64,000 bases of DNA from Balanoglossus misakiensis (GCA_040954595.2 CM082577.2:13771903-13835902); one strand, 5' to 3'; positions 37,600 through 51,442 are shown, numbered from the stretch's first letter. A program made the numbers and translations. The notes: generated by a model from the letters alone, not told the origin.

Positions 37600-40500
37600 T
37601 TAGAATTCGGAGTCGGTTGCACCTGACTTTCTTTCGGAGTCCGGATTGCCAGATTTGGCGATGTAGCTGTCTTGGGGTCTGTAGCATCCACAGGTTGCAC
37701 CGAAACACCAGATTCCACAACCACGATGTTTGCAGTCGGTCATTGATTGGTTGCACTTTTTCAAGTCACTCTTCGAGCCAATTTTGCACATCCTTCGTAG
37801 TTTGGCGTTTTCAGCTTCAATCTGGGAAAAGTGTAGTCATAGTTTCTCAATATCCAAGAGATATTTCCCCCACATGTAAACTAACATATTGTTAAACATA
37901 TAATCCAATTGACTCCGATTTGGAATGTCTAAATTCGAACGCTGACCGACTGGGGATTATGAAAAAAAACACGTAACATCATAGCACATAACATAACATA
38001 TCATAACATATCATAACATAACATAACATCACATAACATCACACCACATCACATCACATCACACAGCACCGCACCACACCACACAATACAACATAACACC
38101 ACACCACACCACACCACGCCACACCACACCACACCACACCACACCACGCCACACCACACCACGCCACACCACACCACGCCACACCACACCACACCACATC
38201 ACATCACACAGCACCGCACCACACCACACAATACAACATAACACCACACCACACCACACCACGCCACACCACACCACACCACACCACACCACACCACACC
38301 ACGCCACACCACACCACGCCACACCACACCACACCACAACACACCACATCACATCACACAGCACCGCACCACACCACACAATACAACATAACACCACACC
38401 ACACCACACCACACCACACCAAAAATAACCAAACCACATCACACCACACCATACCATCACCTTACATTACTATGTTGTGATGATACATTTCTCCGCACTA
38501 ACCTCGGCGATCGTTTCTTTCAAGGTTGCAGTATCTTCATTTTTTCCGCTGACTGTAGTTATATCATCCGATCTTTGTGATTTGCCGACAGTCGTCACAG
38601 GCTGCCCTTCCGGATATTTCGCTACTGAAATTATCTGCAGGTAATGATCGATAAACTATTATTCACTACCTAACCGAGTACCCATACAAACATCCATCCC
38701 TCCGTCAACCAATCCGATTGTCTGTGTCTGTCTGTCGCTTTCCCGTTCGCCTATCTGTCTGTCTGTCTGTCTGTCTGTCTGCATGTATGTGTGTATGTAT
38801 GTATGTATGTATGTATGTATGTATGTATGTATGTATGTATGTATGTATGTATGTATGTATGTATGTATGTATGTATGTATGTATGTATGTATGTATGTAT
38901 GTATGTATGTATGTATGTATGTATGTATGTATGTATGTATGTATGTATGTATGTATGTATGTATGTATGTATGTATGTATGTATGTATGTATGTATGTAT
39001 GTATGTATGTATGTATGTATATTTGCCTCTGTATATTTGGACCTGTCTGTGCAGAATACTAGTACATATAACACAGTTTCAGACAAACATCAAAAATCTT
39101 AATGTGATTGTTGCAAACCTCACCTTGGGTATGAACACCATGAGTAGCGTAAAGGTTGTGCAGAAAATGTTGATGGCAGCCAAGCACACGTAAGCCGCAT
39201 TCATATTGTGGCTGATGACTTGACTGACAGCTACCCCGATGATGCACAGGACTATGACATTGTACACGCTCATCCCGATAAATTTACTGTCGTTCAACGC
39301 TGGTATCCTAACCTAGAGTGTAGAGACAGCACGCAGTGAAGGTAATGAAAGTGTATTACTGTAAAATTAGAAGTAACATGGACAAGGTCGTTGTCGTTTG
39401 ATAATTTAGAATGCGTATTTGTCATTTCAGGAAACAATGGTGTGGCTCTGTTTATTGAAGTCATGACACGAAGAATTATCACAACTTTATCAAAGACAAC
39501 ACCTTCTCTCTTAGGCATCCGTTAGCTCTCTTGTTGAAATTTAGACATCGTAGAAGGAATCTCCATACATCGGTGATCACGGCATGGAGGTACAAAAAAC
39601 CAACCTTTCTAGTTTCCCAAGCCAGGAATGTGCCGAAAATGAGCAACAGGCCTTTGTAGCAGTATAGCGCCCCCAACCAGTATGTCAGGTGGTCCGAGTG
39701 ACAAAACTCAACCATTGGAAGAATCTTTCGAGTTTCGTCATATGGGTCGTCCTGAAAACAATCCAAGGGCAATCACGTGAACAATACGTCTGATATGGAC
39801 GCCCTGGTTAAAGCTTCAGTTATATTAATTTAACACGTTCCGGATACACTGCTTTAGCGTACAAAGTTTCCCGTCACGTATATTCTAGAATTCCTGTGCA
39901 CAAAACCAACCACCCACAAACACATACAACTTTGCAATGAATAATGTGCAAGTTTAAGCATCATTAACATGTATTTCCACTTATTTACAATAAACGACCT
40001 GTAGTCCAAGAATAATGCGTTGCGTTTGAAATGTTTTGAGCAAGTGAGAGAAGATGGGAAAAGCCAACACTGCAAAGACAAGGATACAAACAGAATGCGT
40101 TCATGTTATCACCGTTGCTGGAGGGCGAATGCTCTCATCAACTAGTGGCGTTATTCGCGAGAAGACGCACCACGTTTTATCTGGTGAAGGTCAAGGCACT
40201 TCAGTTCACACCGTTTCGACGACTACAGCTCGATACAACTGCAAATGGTTATTTCATATCACTGCATTTAGAACTATGCGTGACTTACGACCAGACTGAG
40301 CTGCGATATCTTCCTCTGAACTGGGTCCAAGATCTGCCATGCCGATAAAATGACGATGTCGATCAACGCAAGCACCATCACCATCACGAAAAGCTGCTTG
40401 TCAGTCACAACCTGAAATATATAGGGGAACGTTGAATTAGTTGATCGGTGAAACTAAATGTACCGTAAGTTGAATTATATGAAGGCAAAGTTGAGGTCGA

Positions 40501-43500
40501 ATGAACGAGTCTTGTTTTTTTATCCCATGATAAGGGATGATATTAACATTTTATTTTATGTGACCGGTGGACCGGTATTCTGTCACCCTCTCGAAGCCTA
40601 GCTAGAAAATGTAGAACATAAATTCACTCTGTGTTCGGGGTGAAAAACAAGGCATACCGTTTCAACGTTTAGTGTTGACATGATTGCTGCGACCGTCAAG
40701 CGCAGATTTTGATCCAATAAAATATGCGTCGAAGTACAGAAGAAAAATGGCGACATCAATGGTTCATCGTACGCCATTCACGTCCAATTGGAGATATCAT
40801 TAGGACCCCGGGGGGGGGGGGTATTCGCTGGATCTTACCCGTCGTTTTGGAGTCTTCATTTTGGCCACTCTGTGAACCCTCCAAGTTTTGCTGAACATGG
40901 CACCGAACGCAATGACGAATCCCAGAGACAAAACCCAAATGCGCGTCTGTAATTGTGATGAAAAACCGGTCAAAAATCGAAGAATTAATTCTCCTCAGTA
41001 CACCTTGCGAACAAATGCAGATTTTGAATATAACCTTGATAATCATTGAGGAGGGTCCATAGCCCTCATCTTGGCATTTTCCGGTGGTCCTGTGTCATTC
41101 GAACTGACTTGTTATGATTTCACGAGTTTTGTTCGCTCTTATTTGCGTGGCACACAGAATCCTGAAACGGCCAGAAAATGTCAATATGTGGGCTGTGCAC
41201 CGATAGTTAGTCTACATCGTAATTTGTACCCCCAACCAACTACCGCCGGTGACCACAGCTCGAACTGTCAATGAAGATGGCTCCTGTCAACATTTGCAAT
41301 AGGTTAACACCGCGTGACCCCTCCTGAGCTTAATCTACACAACATTCGGGAATACGGTGAGAATAGTTCATTTGAACTTACCTGACACATTATTTGAAAA
41401 GTTTCAGGCGAAACAAGATTGTTGTCCAACCCGAAGAAGAACACGGCAGCATAGAGTAACAGAGTGCCCATGATCATGATGTTGTTGAGATTGGGACTGG
41501 ACATTTTGACATACCTGAAATATGACACATAGCCATTTTTCTCAGACGGTGATATATGATTTCGTCTTTCGATTAACTAGTGCAAGTTGGGGGTAGAATT
41601 GTTGGGTGTGTCTGCGTGAGTTCGTGCATGGGCAAGCAAATTCGTGGGGCGACGCACGTTTGTGCAGTCCGTTGCATTGCCCGCTCGACCACGGCCTCCC
41701 TGAAAGACCATGGCGGGCGAAGATGAGTCTGTTGCATTAGTTTTAGTCTGTATACGTAAGAGATACGTATATCGTCACTCTGACGACATGGTACCACCAA
41801 TGGTTTGTCGCAGGCATGCAGTCACATGACTACGGACATGTTTACAAGCGCGCCCTTTTCAGGATGCGAACTTATTAAAATCCGACCACAAATTTATGGT
41901 GAACAGGCTTGTAGCTAAAGCAGGTCAATTCTTAACATATGTTCATCCGATATATTGTCTGCCAACTTGCCTCTGCTGTCGGTACTTGATGTTAAATCCC
42001 AAGAAAAACAGCGCCATCAGTATCCCCAGACAGGAAACTCCGCAGATGCCGAAATAGACCTCAGGCATCACTCCTTGGAACTGCTCCACCACCGTTATAA
42101 CCACTTCCGGTGTGTGGTCCAGAGGTACGAAACCGCCTGAAAAGGCAAGCAGCAACGAAAGTGGGCTTATTCGTAGACGCTTCGTCTCAATTTTTCTTTA
42201 CAGCTGACACTGGAAAATTGCCTCCTCTCCCATCTTCTACACTAACACTATAGAGATACCGGCAATAGGCCCCGTGTACTGAGGTATGCGCATTTGTCAG
42301 ATTTTGAACATTTGATATTGCAGTCCCGCTGAGTATTTACATGTACATGTAACAATTAAGGGGATTGATGTCGTTGTTGAAGATTGCGCAGGTCTCATCC
42401 AAACCCCCATTGTTTCTCTCTTTGATCAGGTGAACATTTTCTTACCTGGCCACTGAAAACTCGACACGTAGTTCATGATATCTCCGTTCTCAATGTAGAG
42501 GGCCACAGTTTTTTCAATATAGTCTGTAAAAGAAAATAGCGGAGTAAAGGTGCTGGTTGCAATCTTCTTACAAAACACATCGGCATTTTGTTTTCATGCA
42601 GAGGGGTCAAAGGTTCAATATCGATGGCTTCTCCGTTCGTGTCATGCAAAACCAGGAGGCATAAAAAAAATCACCTTGTTGTTTTTCGCAAACGAATCTC
42701 CGCTTCGCGTCACAGCTCGTGATTTCCCACAATCCACCGCGACCTGCCAGCCCGCATCTTGCTTCGCCGCCGCCGGGGTTTGTCAGAAGACTTTCCTCGG
42801 GGGAGAAATCGATGGGCGTCCCGTCCACCCACATGAGAATCGCTTCGCCCGTCAAACCGATAAACCTAATGCGGAAATCAATACATAACACTGCAGATAT
42901 TCTGTATGATTAAAAAACTCGTTATTTCTTATAAAACTAACAAAATGACCAGATTATGGGAGATATCGGATTATGGAAATCCACGCCAAGTGTATCATGG
43001 GAAGAAACTTAAACGTCGAGGAAAAGCCGTATTATAAACATGCCTAGTTAGATTAACGAATAAAGAATTTGGAAGAGATGTACGGTATATTATACCATTT
43101 CTAATAACATAACATTTTGCCTCTTCGTTTATTAACGTATCCATGCATTCCAACTTACCAGTCTATGTTGTCTGTCGCGTGATCCCGAATAAATTCATTC
43201 TCCGTTTCTGTTTCTATGACGATCAGGTCAGAACTTTTTTCAAGGCATTTTGCCCGGGCTTCCGACCACGTTTCAGTGGCCGGACTGAAGTAGTAACAAC
43301 TGTCGTTAAACATGACCCAATCACTCGGACAATCCGCTGAAACAAAAAAAAAAGAAAACAAAATAAGGAACGCACGAGACAATAACTTCCGTGGTTTCTG
43401 AAAGGGGGATATAATCATGACACTGTGATAATTCCAAGTACAATTGCAGCGCTGGGCATTCGAGTTTGGAGTTTCACTATTCGGCAGAGACAGATAATTT

Positions 43501-45137
43501 GATTGTAGCGTACAGGTTTTAATATATTTGTAAAACCTTGGGATATTAGAATATCATAGCAAAAGGTTTTATTTCCGACTTAATCTCCTGACCTACAATT
43601 ATGGTTATTGTCGAATTATCATTTATTTTGTAAAGCAGCGCCCAGCTTTACGTTTAGTGGGTGCAAGTTGGAAGTGCTTGGACACAATCAAAACTTGAAA
43701 CTTGGCAGGTCGGTTTGCCACAGGCAATACAATATGTCATCTTGCAGACTCATAAACAAAGACTAAAGAGCAAGATGTCTGGCTGATTAGAAATAAGCAT
43801 AGTATATAATAAATTGATTTCTAGATATCTTTCATGTTCTTGTCGTTGTAACGCCATCGATCGCATATTTCTTGCAACCGGCTACTGTTGGCTAACGTGG
43901 TATCGCCAAACGTTTATTGGAAAGTCAAAGTCTCGGCACAGCCCCCTCCATCACAGTGGTCACAGTTTGGCAGGCGAGACTAGAGTCGTAGCATACCTTG
44001 TAACTGTTCCACTTTAATAAGTCCCTGGCGATCACCGTTCTTGAAAGTTACCGGGCCCTGTGAAAAAAGTACAACAGCGTGATTAATTTGCAACATGATT
44101 TTCCCGTTTTTGTCTTCAAATCATCCACAACATGCCCCCGTTGAATATTTTTTTTTTTTGGGGGGGGGGGGATGTTCTCTTAGAACTGTTTGGATCTGGC
44201 ATATCCGGTCATGATATCCGCTATTCCAGGCGTTTAATTTTGGATTTTATTAGGGATTCACTTATCCAGCTTTGTTCAAATTGACCAAATAGCATTTTGG
44301 ACACTTCCATGGTAAACGCCACCTTTGTAAAACATCTGGTGATTCAACAACTTTGATATTTAATATACAAATTCTTGACGCGCATTTCCCTATATCAGCT
44401 AGCATAGATCGATTGCTGGGGATATCAATTATCATGACTGACCATGGTAAGAATACCACTGTGTTTCTATAAATATTGTATGCACGCAGACAGTAACATA
44501 ATTATGTATATGCTGATATCAATATATTAAGTGTTTTTGTCTGACGTCAGGAATTTATCGTTATAACAGAGGTTTCGTGACGCTATATATATATATATAT
44601 ACTTACAGATGTTCCGATGAAATTGGTCTTGCTCATTTTATCCAGGAACACCATCGCCATCTCTTTGTCGTCGTACGTGAAATCCTCCAGGCGCCTGGTG
44701 GAGTTGTCGGCGAACCGTTTCGTTCTCAGCTCTTGCACCGATTCGTTCAACAACAGGGCGATGGTCCACACGCCGTCGTAGCCGTACGGCGCCAGTTCGT
44801 TGTAGACGTACCTTTGGTTTTCCGGCCACTGCATTCTTTCACTGTACATGTCCATGAATTCCGCAGCCGTCTGTTACAGTTTTGGGGAAAAAACAGTTTC
44901 GAAATGTGACCACGTGAAAAAAACGTGTACACGCGTGACGCGCGAATTACGGAACAATGTCGGGAAATATGTTTGTCAACACTAGATTGATAAGACTTCT
45001 TACTTACAAGGTTCACTTCGATCAGCCGATATAAAGTATGCACTGTACATTATTTGACAACGTGAAATGCTTACAGCAAATTGACTTTTAAAGTACACAA
45101 ACATACAATACATGCATGCATGCATGCATGCATGCGT

Positions 45138-45176
<39 letters not shown>

Positions 45177-47434
45177 TGACAAAAGAACAAAGAAGAGTTC
45201 ATATACAATGCCAGCGACGGTCTCTTCTTCTGATGGACTTAGAGGCAAACTTTCCGTTGATATATAAAACGACCGTTTTACTACTTGGCCCATCTCCTCT
45301 CTGGTGCAATCGATCATTTCATCCTCCACATCCCACCACGATTTGTGATACCAACCGCTGATCATCCACACATAATCTGGTCCAGCCATGCCTTGTTTGT
45401 AGGCCTTAATAGGAAAGATCACATGGGTATCATAACCGTGGTGACCTATGTTATTATTGGATATTTAAAAATCGTCAATCAGCATTGTCAATGACTTAGT
45501 CTCTGTCGTTTATTTGACATCACCAAATTAATTGAAGCCACCATGGTTACAGACAGGTGTGGTTCATTGGAACGAGACCCTATTTGCTAGCGGATAAATG
45601 ATCTGCACCCCCAGTTGAAGCAATGGTAATATGAATACATTAGCCACTTTAAATGAAATGTAAAGTTTGACCTAGAGGAAAAACTATTAGGGGTTCAATG
45701 CAAACCCGACTGCTCTGGTTCAAATCACACACATTTAACTTTTTATATCAACCCAGCGAGAGCATGTAAAAGGTTGAACTCCAAGCCGTCATTTTATAGA
45801 ATGGACTACTTTGGCGAAACGAACTAAAACGCAAGGAATTCTAACCTTACCTCACAGAAGAGTCTCCTGGCCTTATTTGAGTACATGTTGACGATGATAA
45901 TTTTCGCGTCACTGTTCTGTAAAGAAGAGTGACGTGTGGGTTTAGTTTTTTAACCGTTCGGAGTTGTCTCTGTATCCGTCGGTGTCTATCTCCGTCTTCG
46001 ACTTTACTTGTTTACTTAGCACTGAACTACCGATCAATTACCTTCCCCATCTTGCATCTTTATTCTCTCTCTTCGTCAGGTTCAATGAGAAATAAGACAC
46101 TCTTTACTGAACAATGTGACATCTAAAACGTGGCCTTAACGAGAAACGTTTATATGCATGTAAGCGGAGAAGCACCGAAAGCTCATCTTCCAATAAAATA
46201 GCTGTCATGCACGTTTTAAAGGGACAAAGTCTGTCTCTCCGGCATCCCACTTGTAGACACGAGAGTGAAAATCTCACCAAAATGAATAATAGGTGTTTAC
46301 CGTTTATTCATCTTGGCGAGATTTTACTCTCATATCCTACAAACGGGATGGAAGTCGTGTGTGGTCGAACGTTGATTCACTATATATCCACATGTAGAAT
46401 AACATAAACATTGTCTTGTATCAAACATAATTAATGGAAAAGGGGCAGCGAGAGAGAGACTTTGTCCCTTTAAGAGTCGACACTTGTTCACACAATACAA
46501 GAAATCAACAACTAATAATTGCTTTCGTGCCTTCAGATTTTCGATCTGGTTCTTGGGATTTTCAGCGAAGTTCTCCGATTTGATTATCGTAATGTTGTTT
46601 GCTTTCAATAGCGTGAGTAAGTCGTCTATAGCCTACAATGGAGTGAAGGAGAAAGCAATTTGAGATTTCTGAAATACCAAACTGATGAATTTCCTCAGAG
46701 GCTTCAAATGATTGTGGAAAACTAGTCGGAAACAGATAGACCGTGACCCAGTAGTACCCCCCCCCCCCCCCGAGGGGGATTTTTGAGACAATGTTTTTCT
46801 AAAAGCTTATCACATGCTGAGTAAAATTCACTTTGTTTGCCATCTGGGCACCGGGGCGTTTTCGAGTTATTGTCTTCTAAATTATATTGGGTAACGTATG
46901 TAGGAAACCCTAAAAGTGCATATAAATTGACGTAGGGGGGGTGAATTAGTCTTGTAAAATACTGTCTTTCTGAAGGTATACCTAGAACAACTGGGATGTA
47001 TTTGGTATCAAAAGAAAGCTTAATAAACAAGCTTTCCATTAATTTCAAATATAAAGTGATATGGCAAATCATGACATCATGACGTCATAATTCAAACCAC
47101 CCTTACGAAAATGGTGTTCTGGTTGATTAAAGTATCCAATTATTACAAAAAAATTGATATGGTAATCAATTACGACAGTATTTTACCAGACTAATTTGCC
47201 CCCTACGTCAATTATATGCACTGTTAGGGTTTCCTACATAAGATACCCATTTAGAAGCCAATAACTCGATGGCAGACAGAGTGCATTTTACTCAGCATAT
47301 GATAGGCTTTCAGAAAAAAAACATTGTCTCAACCCCCCCCCCCGGGGTAGGGGGAAGTAAACCAATACCTGCTCACGGTCCAAGAAGGAAAATATTAACT
47401 TCATCCGGTTTCTTTTGTATGATACACACATTCA

Positions 47435-47481
<47 letters not shown>

Positions 47482-50400
47482 TGTTGACAAAAGACAGAGA
47501 ATTAAGAGACAAAACTGTTCACATCACGAACAAGATTTCAATTATATTTGAACTAAAAGTAACATACTAGCGAGAAGACAGGGTAGTTTTCATGAATAGT
47601 GGCGACTCGTGTCCATCCAAAGGTTTTCATCAGGTGAACTCTGGCCGGGTTGAACGCAGTGTCTGGTATGTAGATACGCGAGAAGTAGGGATATTTTTCT
47701 CTGTTGGACAGCGCCGGAGAGGCAGCACCATATGATAGCTGTGAGAAATAAGATGTTTTCAGATGATTGGGTTTTTGTCTTGGATATATTGTGCTGTGGA
47801 TTGTATACATACACATACAATCATTAGAGTCGAGCGATGGAAACCCCTTAAAGCCTCTAGAGCTGCCACTTTTTGCATCATTTTCATGATTTAATTTTCC
47901 AACTTAAATTGGTCCATCTTAATCAGCTTACTGATAGGTATACATACACACCTTATCGTTGCCCGATTGTGACTGCATGTTGCAATTTGGACACGCTATG
48001 TTTTAAACCGGTGCCGCACCGATTTAATAAGCCTCCGTACAAACAGAACGCAGCTATCGTGGTGTGCGTCGACAAGAGATGACAAACTGATGCAAATGCA
48101 AGTAATATGGCTTGATGGAGAGGATTTTAGAGGATAAGGTATATATTTGAATTGTTTTACTATGGAAAAAATATGTCAAATGTGGCAGCTGTATGGGCTT
48201 TAAGTATTATGTAGTATTGTTTGTCAAAAATGACTAATAACCTGAAACCGGTTTAATTAATAAGGATGCGAATCTCTGATTCCTTTGGTGACGTGTACTG
48301 TGCCGCCATGCTGAGATTTAGGGACGTGAATATCATTTTGTATAGGAAAATATCACGAGTTGGAGTGGGTTTACAATGGAAACCTTGCCGTGACGGTCAG
48401 AAGCTTGTAAGCGTCACCAGGTCGCACTGTTTCTAACTAAGAAAGGATGGGTTTACTTGTGAACCGCACACTTTCTAACAATGAAAGAAACAAAAGAGCA
48501 TCACGTAGTAATGACCAGACGATCGGTTATGGAAAATAAGAAGCATGGTTGGAACAATTAGCACGAGGCAAAGCGTGGTATATAAAATGAAAAGTTCTCG
48601 TTGGGTTTGGCAACCTTTCGTCTAACAGAACACTAGCTTGCGCTGCGCTGAGAAAAGCTCGAATAATGTATGATTTGCGCGCCATTATTACATGTAATAA
48701 GGAAAACAAATGCCAGCGGCCCTCACACAGCGAGGAATGCCGAACGTCTCCAACCTAAAAGGATACGACTCGAAATAAACCGTCAAATACTGACAACGAG
48801 GATAACAAGGCCCGAGAAATGCACAAAACACTCACCACAAGCAAATTCCAGTGAACTCCAGTTTCGGCCATTACAGCTGAACCAGGCGAGCAGGGCGGTC
48901 CCAATATCATGATCTTCTGCGGAGGGTTTTGCAATTGGTGAAAGAACACGCGGGTCGCCGCTCCAGACTCGCACTGAAAACGGAACAAGTTACAGGCAAT
49001 TACACAAACTGTTGGTTAATTTGTTTGTGGAGTGTGCGCGATGGGGGACGGATTCAATCTGTTGTCATGGAAATGCGACACGGGTATCACAACCATGATT
49101 TCTGTAGTTACTGGATTTTAAAAATCGTCATCAACCTTAACATCGTCCATAAAACAGTCTCTGTCGGCTATTTGACATCAAAATGTCTGGTTCTCTCGAA
49201 AAAATCCCGACTGGCATTTAACAAGAAAAATAACGCCAAGGACACATTTTCTCTTCAGTCTGTAATCATAGCCTTAGACGGTGTTTCCGAAGATCTGATA
49301 TTAATACACATTCCATAACATTCGAATATTATTTTCAAAACTGCTGCAAATTTAGATGGCACCTATATACACTGTACCGTTAACTATTGTATTCCATATC
49401 CACAGTTCAAATTATGACATGAATATTTGAACTCGTGTGCATATTCAGGTGACATAATTATCCTTGGTCGTTATTTTGAACCGATAGGCCAATTTGAGGA
49501 GTGATCTTATTCTGTATATTAGCTCAATCATTCACTTACTATTGTTACAATCGGGATCGCAAGAATAGGTCAAAAATACTAATTAACCCGACAAGAACAT
49601 AAGGGCCGCCTCACTCTTTTTTTAGTCGACACTTCGACAGAGATGGTTATTTGAAGAGTTTATCTTCCCCCAGGGCCCTATAAGTATTGTCCCATTTACA
49701 GTTCTTTTTAATCAAGAGACACACGCACATACACACACCAGCGATCCTTCGATAGAAAAGGTCCGCGGCCATATCTCGAACTCATAATCGTCGGATTACG
49801 AGTCACTACTATGCCACGACGCCTCCGAAAATAACCACGTGATAGAATCACTGTGCATAAATTGTAAATCTTAACATAAACTGGATTATATTTTATTTTG
49901 TTTCACAATGTCCGATGTGTAATAACCAGCAACAAACAGCTGTGAACGCGACACTGCTGTAGCAAAGCTCAATACATGTAGATTGATTTTGCACCTGGCG
50001 TATTTGCAGGTTTTCAGGGGAAAATGAAGGAATGTGCTATACTCTCGCTTTTCTGATTGGTTTCTTGGTCGAGGGGTTTAGTTGGAATATAAACATCTTT
50101 CATTTGTAAGGATATCGTTAACGTTGTGTTGATTAAATAAGTTAACATTGTGATCCATTCCCCTTTTCAACAAGTGGACGAACAAACAAGAAGTAGGATA
50201 GAATATCATTTATTTCTGTTCGCCAAAATTCGGAATAAACGATTTTTTTTACATTACCCTGCTGTCGTTCCACACCATTCTCAGCTCATACTCCGGTAGG
50301 ACGTCGTCCCGTGCGTTCACGTGATCGAGACCCATCTCCACGGCGGGAATCATCCCGCCGCCATCCCAGTTTCCGCCGAGGCTGAAGAACGTTCCCAGGT

Positions 50401-50602
50401 AGAGAGGAATCCTCCCCGCGGCGGAGGCCGGCGTGGAGGCAAAGGAAACGCGGCCGTGTCTGTCGTCGTCGTCGTCGTCATCGGCGGCCGGTGACTGCGT
50501 AGCACTGAAAGGGGGGACCTCTCCCACGGTGGAATTAACTGGAACGGCTGCGGATGAGGCAATCACGCTGCAAAGCACACAGACGGCCGCGATTCTTAAC
50601 AT
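37600..50602 (-). CDS. GABA-B receptor-like class C GPCR with an inserted C-type lectin domain, ~1003 aa, 19 exons
   Basis: Exons: 50258-50602, 48836-48973, 47568-47738, 46531-46632, 45851-45916, 45207-45404, 44607-44870, 43997-44057, 43159-43336, 42675-42865, 42446-42523, 41971-42136, 41382-41514, 40839-40946, 40289-40411, 39605-39751, 39124-39312, 38503-38634, 37600-37821 (3012 nt, all phases compatible, no stops). Motifs: signal peptide, PAVEMGLDHVN, LSYGAASPALSNR, YGYDGVW, KMSSPNLNN, FGAMFSKTWRVH, YKGLLLIFGTFLAWETR, ALNDSKFIGMSVYN, FIPK. Confidence 0.92.
37975..38460. repeat. (CACCA)n/(CATAA)n pentanucleotide array with higher-order repetition
   Basis: Direct inspection; the variant block acacagcaccgcaccacaccacacaatacaacataac recurs three times. 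Confidence 0.92.
38783..39020. repeat. (TATG)n microsatellite
   Basis: Direct inspection. Confidence 0.95.
42675..43336 (-). CDS. C-type lectin-like domain exons (exons 9-10 of the receptor)
   Basis: CPSDW..FNDSCYYF...TWSEARAKC...L..I....ENEFI...WFIGL...WVDG...C......W....C....FVCEK; the module is bounded by phase-1 introns. Confidence 0.88.
46739..47380. mobile_element. Unclassified long-TIR element in receptor intron 3
   Basis: Ends gaccgtga...tcacggtc; inverted arms ttgagacaatgttttt...tgctgagtaaaat / attttactcagca...aaaaacattgtctcaa. Confidence 0.65.
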
Positions 50603-50959
50603 GGTTCCGCGACCGACACGAGAAGAAGGCGCGTGAAGTTAGACAACGATGAAAGACTTGTCACTTTGGGATTTTATCATATAATAATTTATTCACGTCG
50701 AAGCGGAAGCAGATGTTGTTATGGTGAGTATCATTTCATTTGCCCATACTGCAGTGCTCAAGGAAATGGTCAAGACCTTTTAAGACATCACGACTCGAGT
50801 TAATTTCCGTAGTCACAAGATGATGACCTATAGTTGCGAAATTGATGTTGCCATCAATGAAATTAGTATACTTCCTCGGTTTACGTTGAGTGGTTTCTTT
50901 GATTATGTAATTTCTTGGAATAAGCATATCGACAAAATGTGTGTCACACTGGGTCAGAG

Positions 50960-51350
50960 AATATAGGCCGACTGAGACGCTTGCATAAAGTATTCCCTCC
51001 CACCTTTAAGAAGAATTCTGTACTATGGTTAAACTCATTCAATAATTTACTATTATTTTGTGGTTTAGGGAAATGCCAATAAGAACAACATCGACGGAGT
51101 GTACACAATGCAGAAAAGAGCTTTGAGGATTCTACTCAACGCAGATTTTGATACGCCAAGTAATGGTCTTTTCAAAGCCGCTGACCATATTTTCTATTTA
51201 ACTTGTGTAAGTCTTAAAATATTTTGAGAATTCTGTCCCTCCGTACATTGCTGATACGTTTACGCCTTTGGAATTCACTCCCACATAATCTTCGATGTAG
51301 TCTCAATATATTTAAAATACATCTGAACCTGTTCATACTAAAAGATAACA
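50960..51350 (+). pseudogene. Decayed CR1/L2-like LINE ORF2 3' fragment
   Basis: VV*GNANKNNIDGVYTMQKRALRILLNADFDTPS resembles the VWG...LQKRA.RII motif. Confidence 0.5.
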
Positions 51351-51442
51351 TTGACATTTAACATTTATGAGTACGGTCAGTCTGTTTATTTGTGTACTTT
51401 AACATCTCTCTCTCTCTCTTTCTCTCCCTCTCCCCCTCCCCC

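Noticed and set aside
37975-38460. Regularly recurring blocks suggesting a CRISPR-like array
   Set aside because: Low-complexity pentamer satellite without unique spacers, in a eukaryotic intron.
38059-39193. Repetitive ORFs (VWCGV, MYVC, HTYI)
   Set aside because: Translations of intronic microsatellites.
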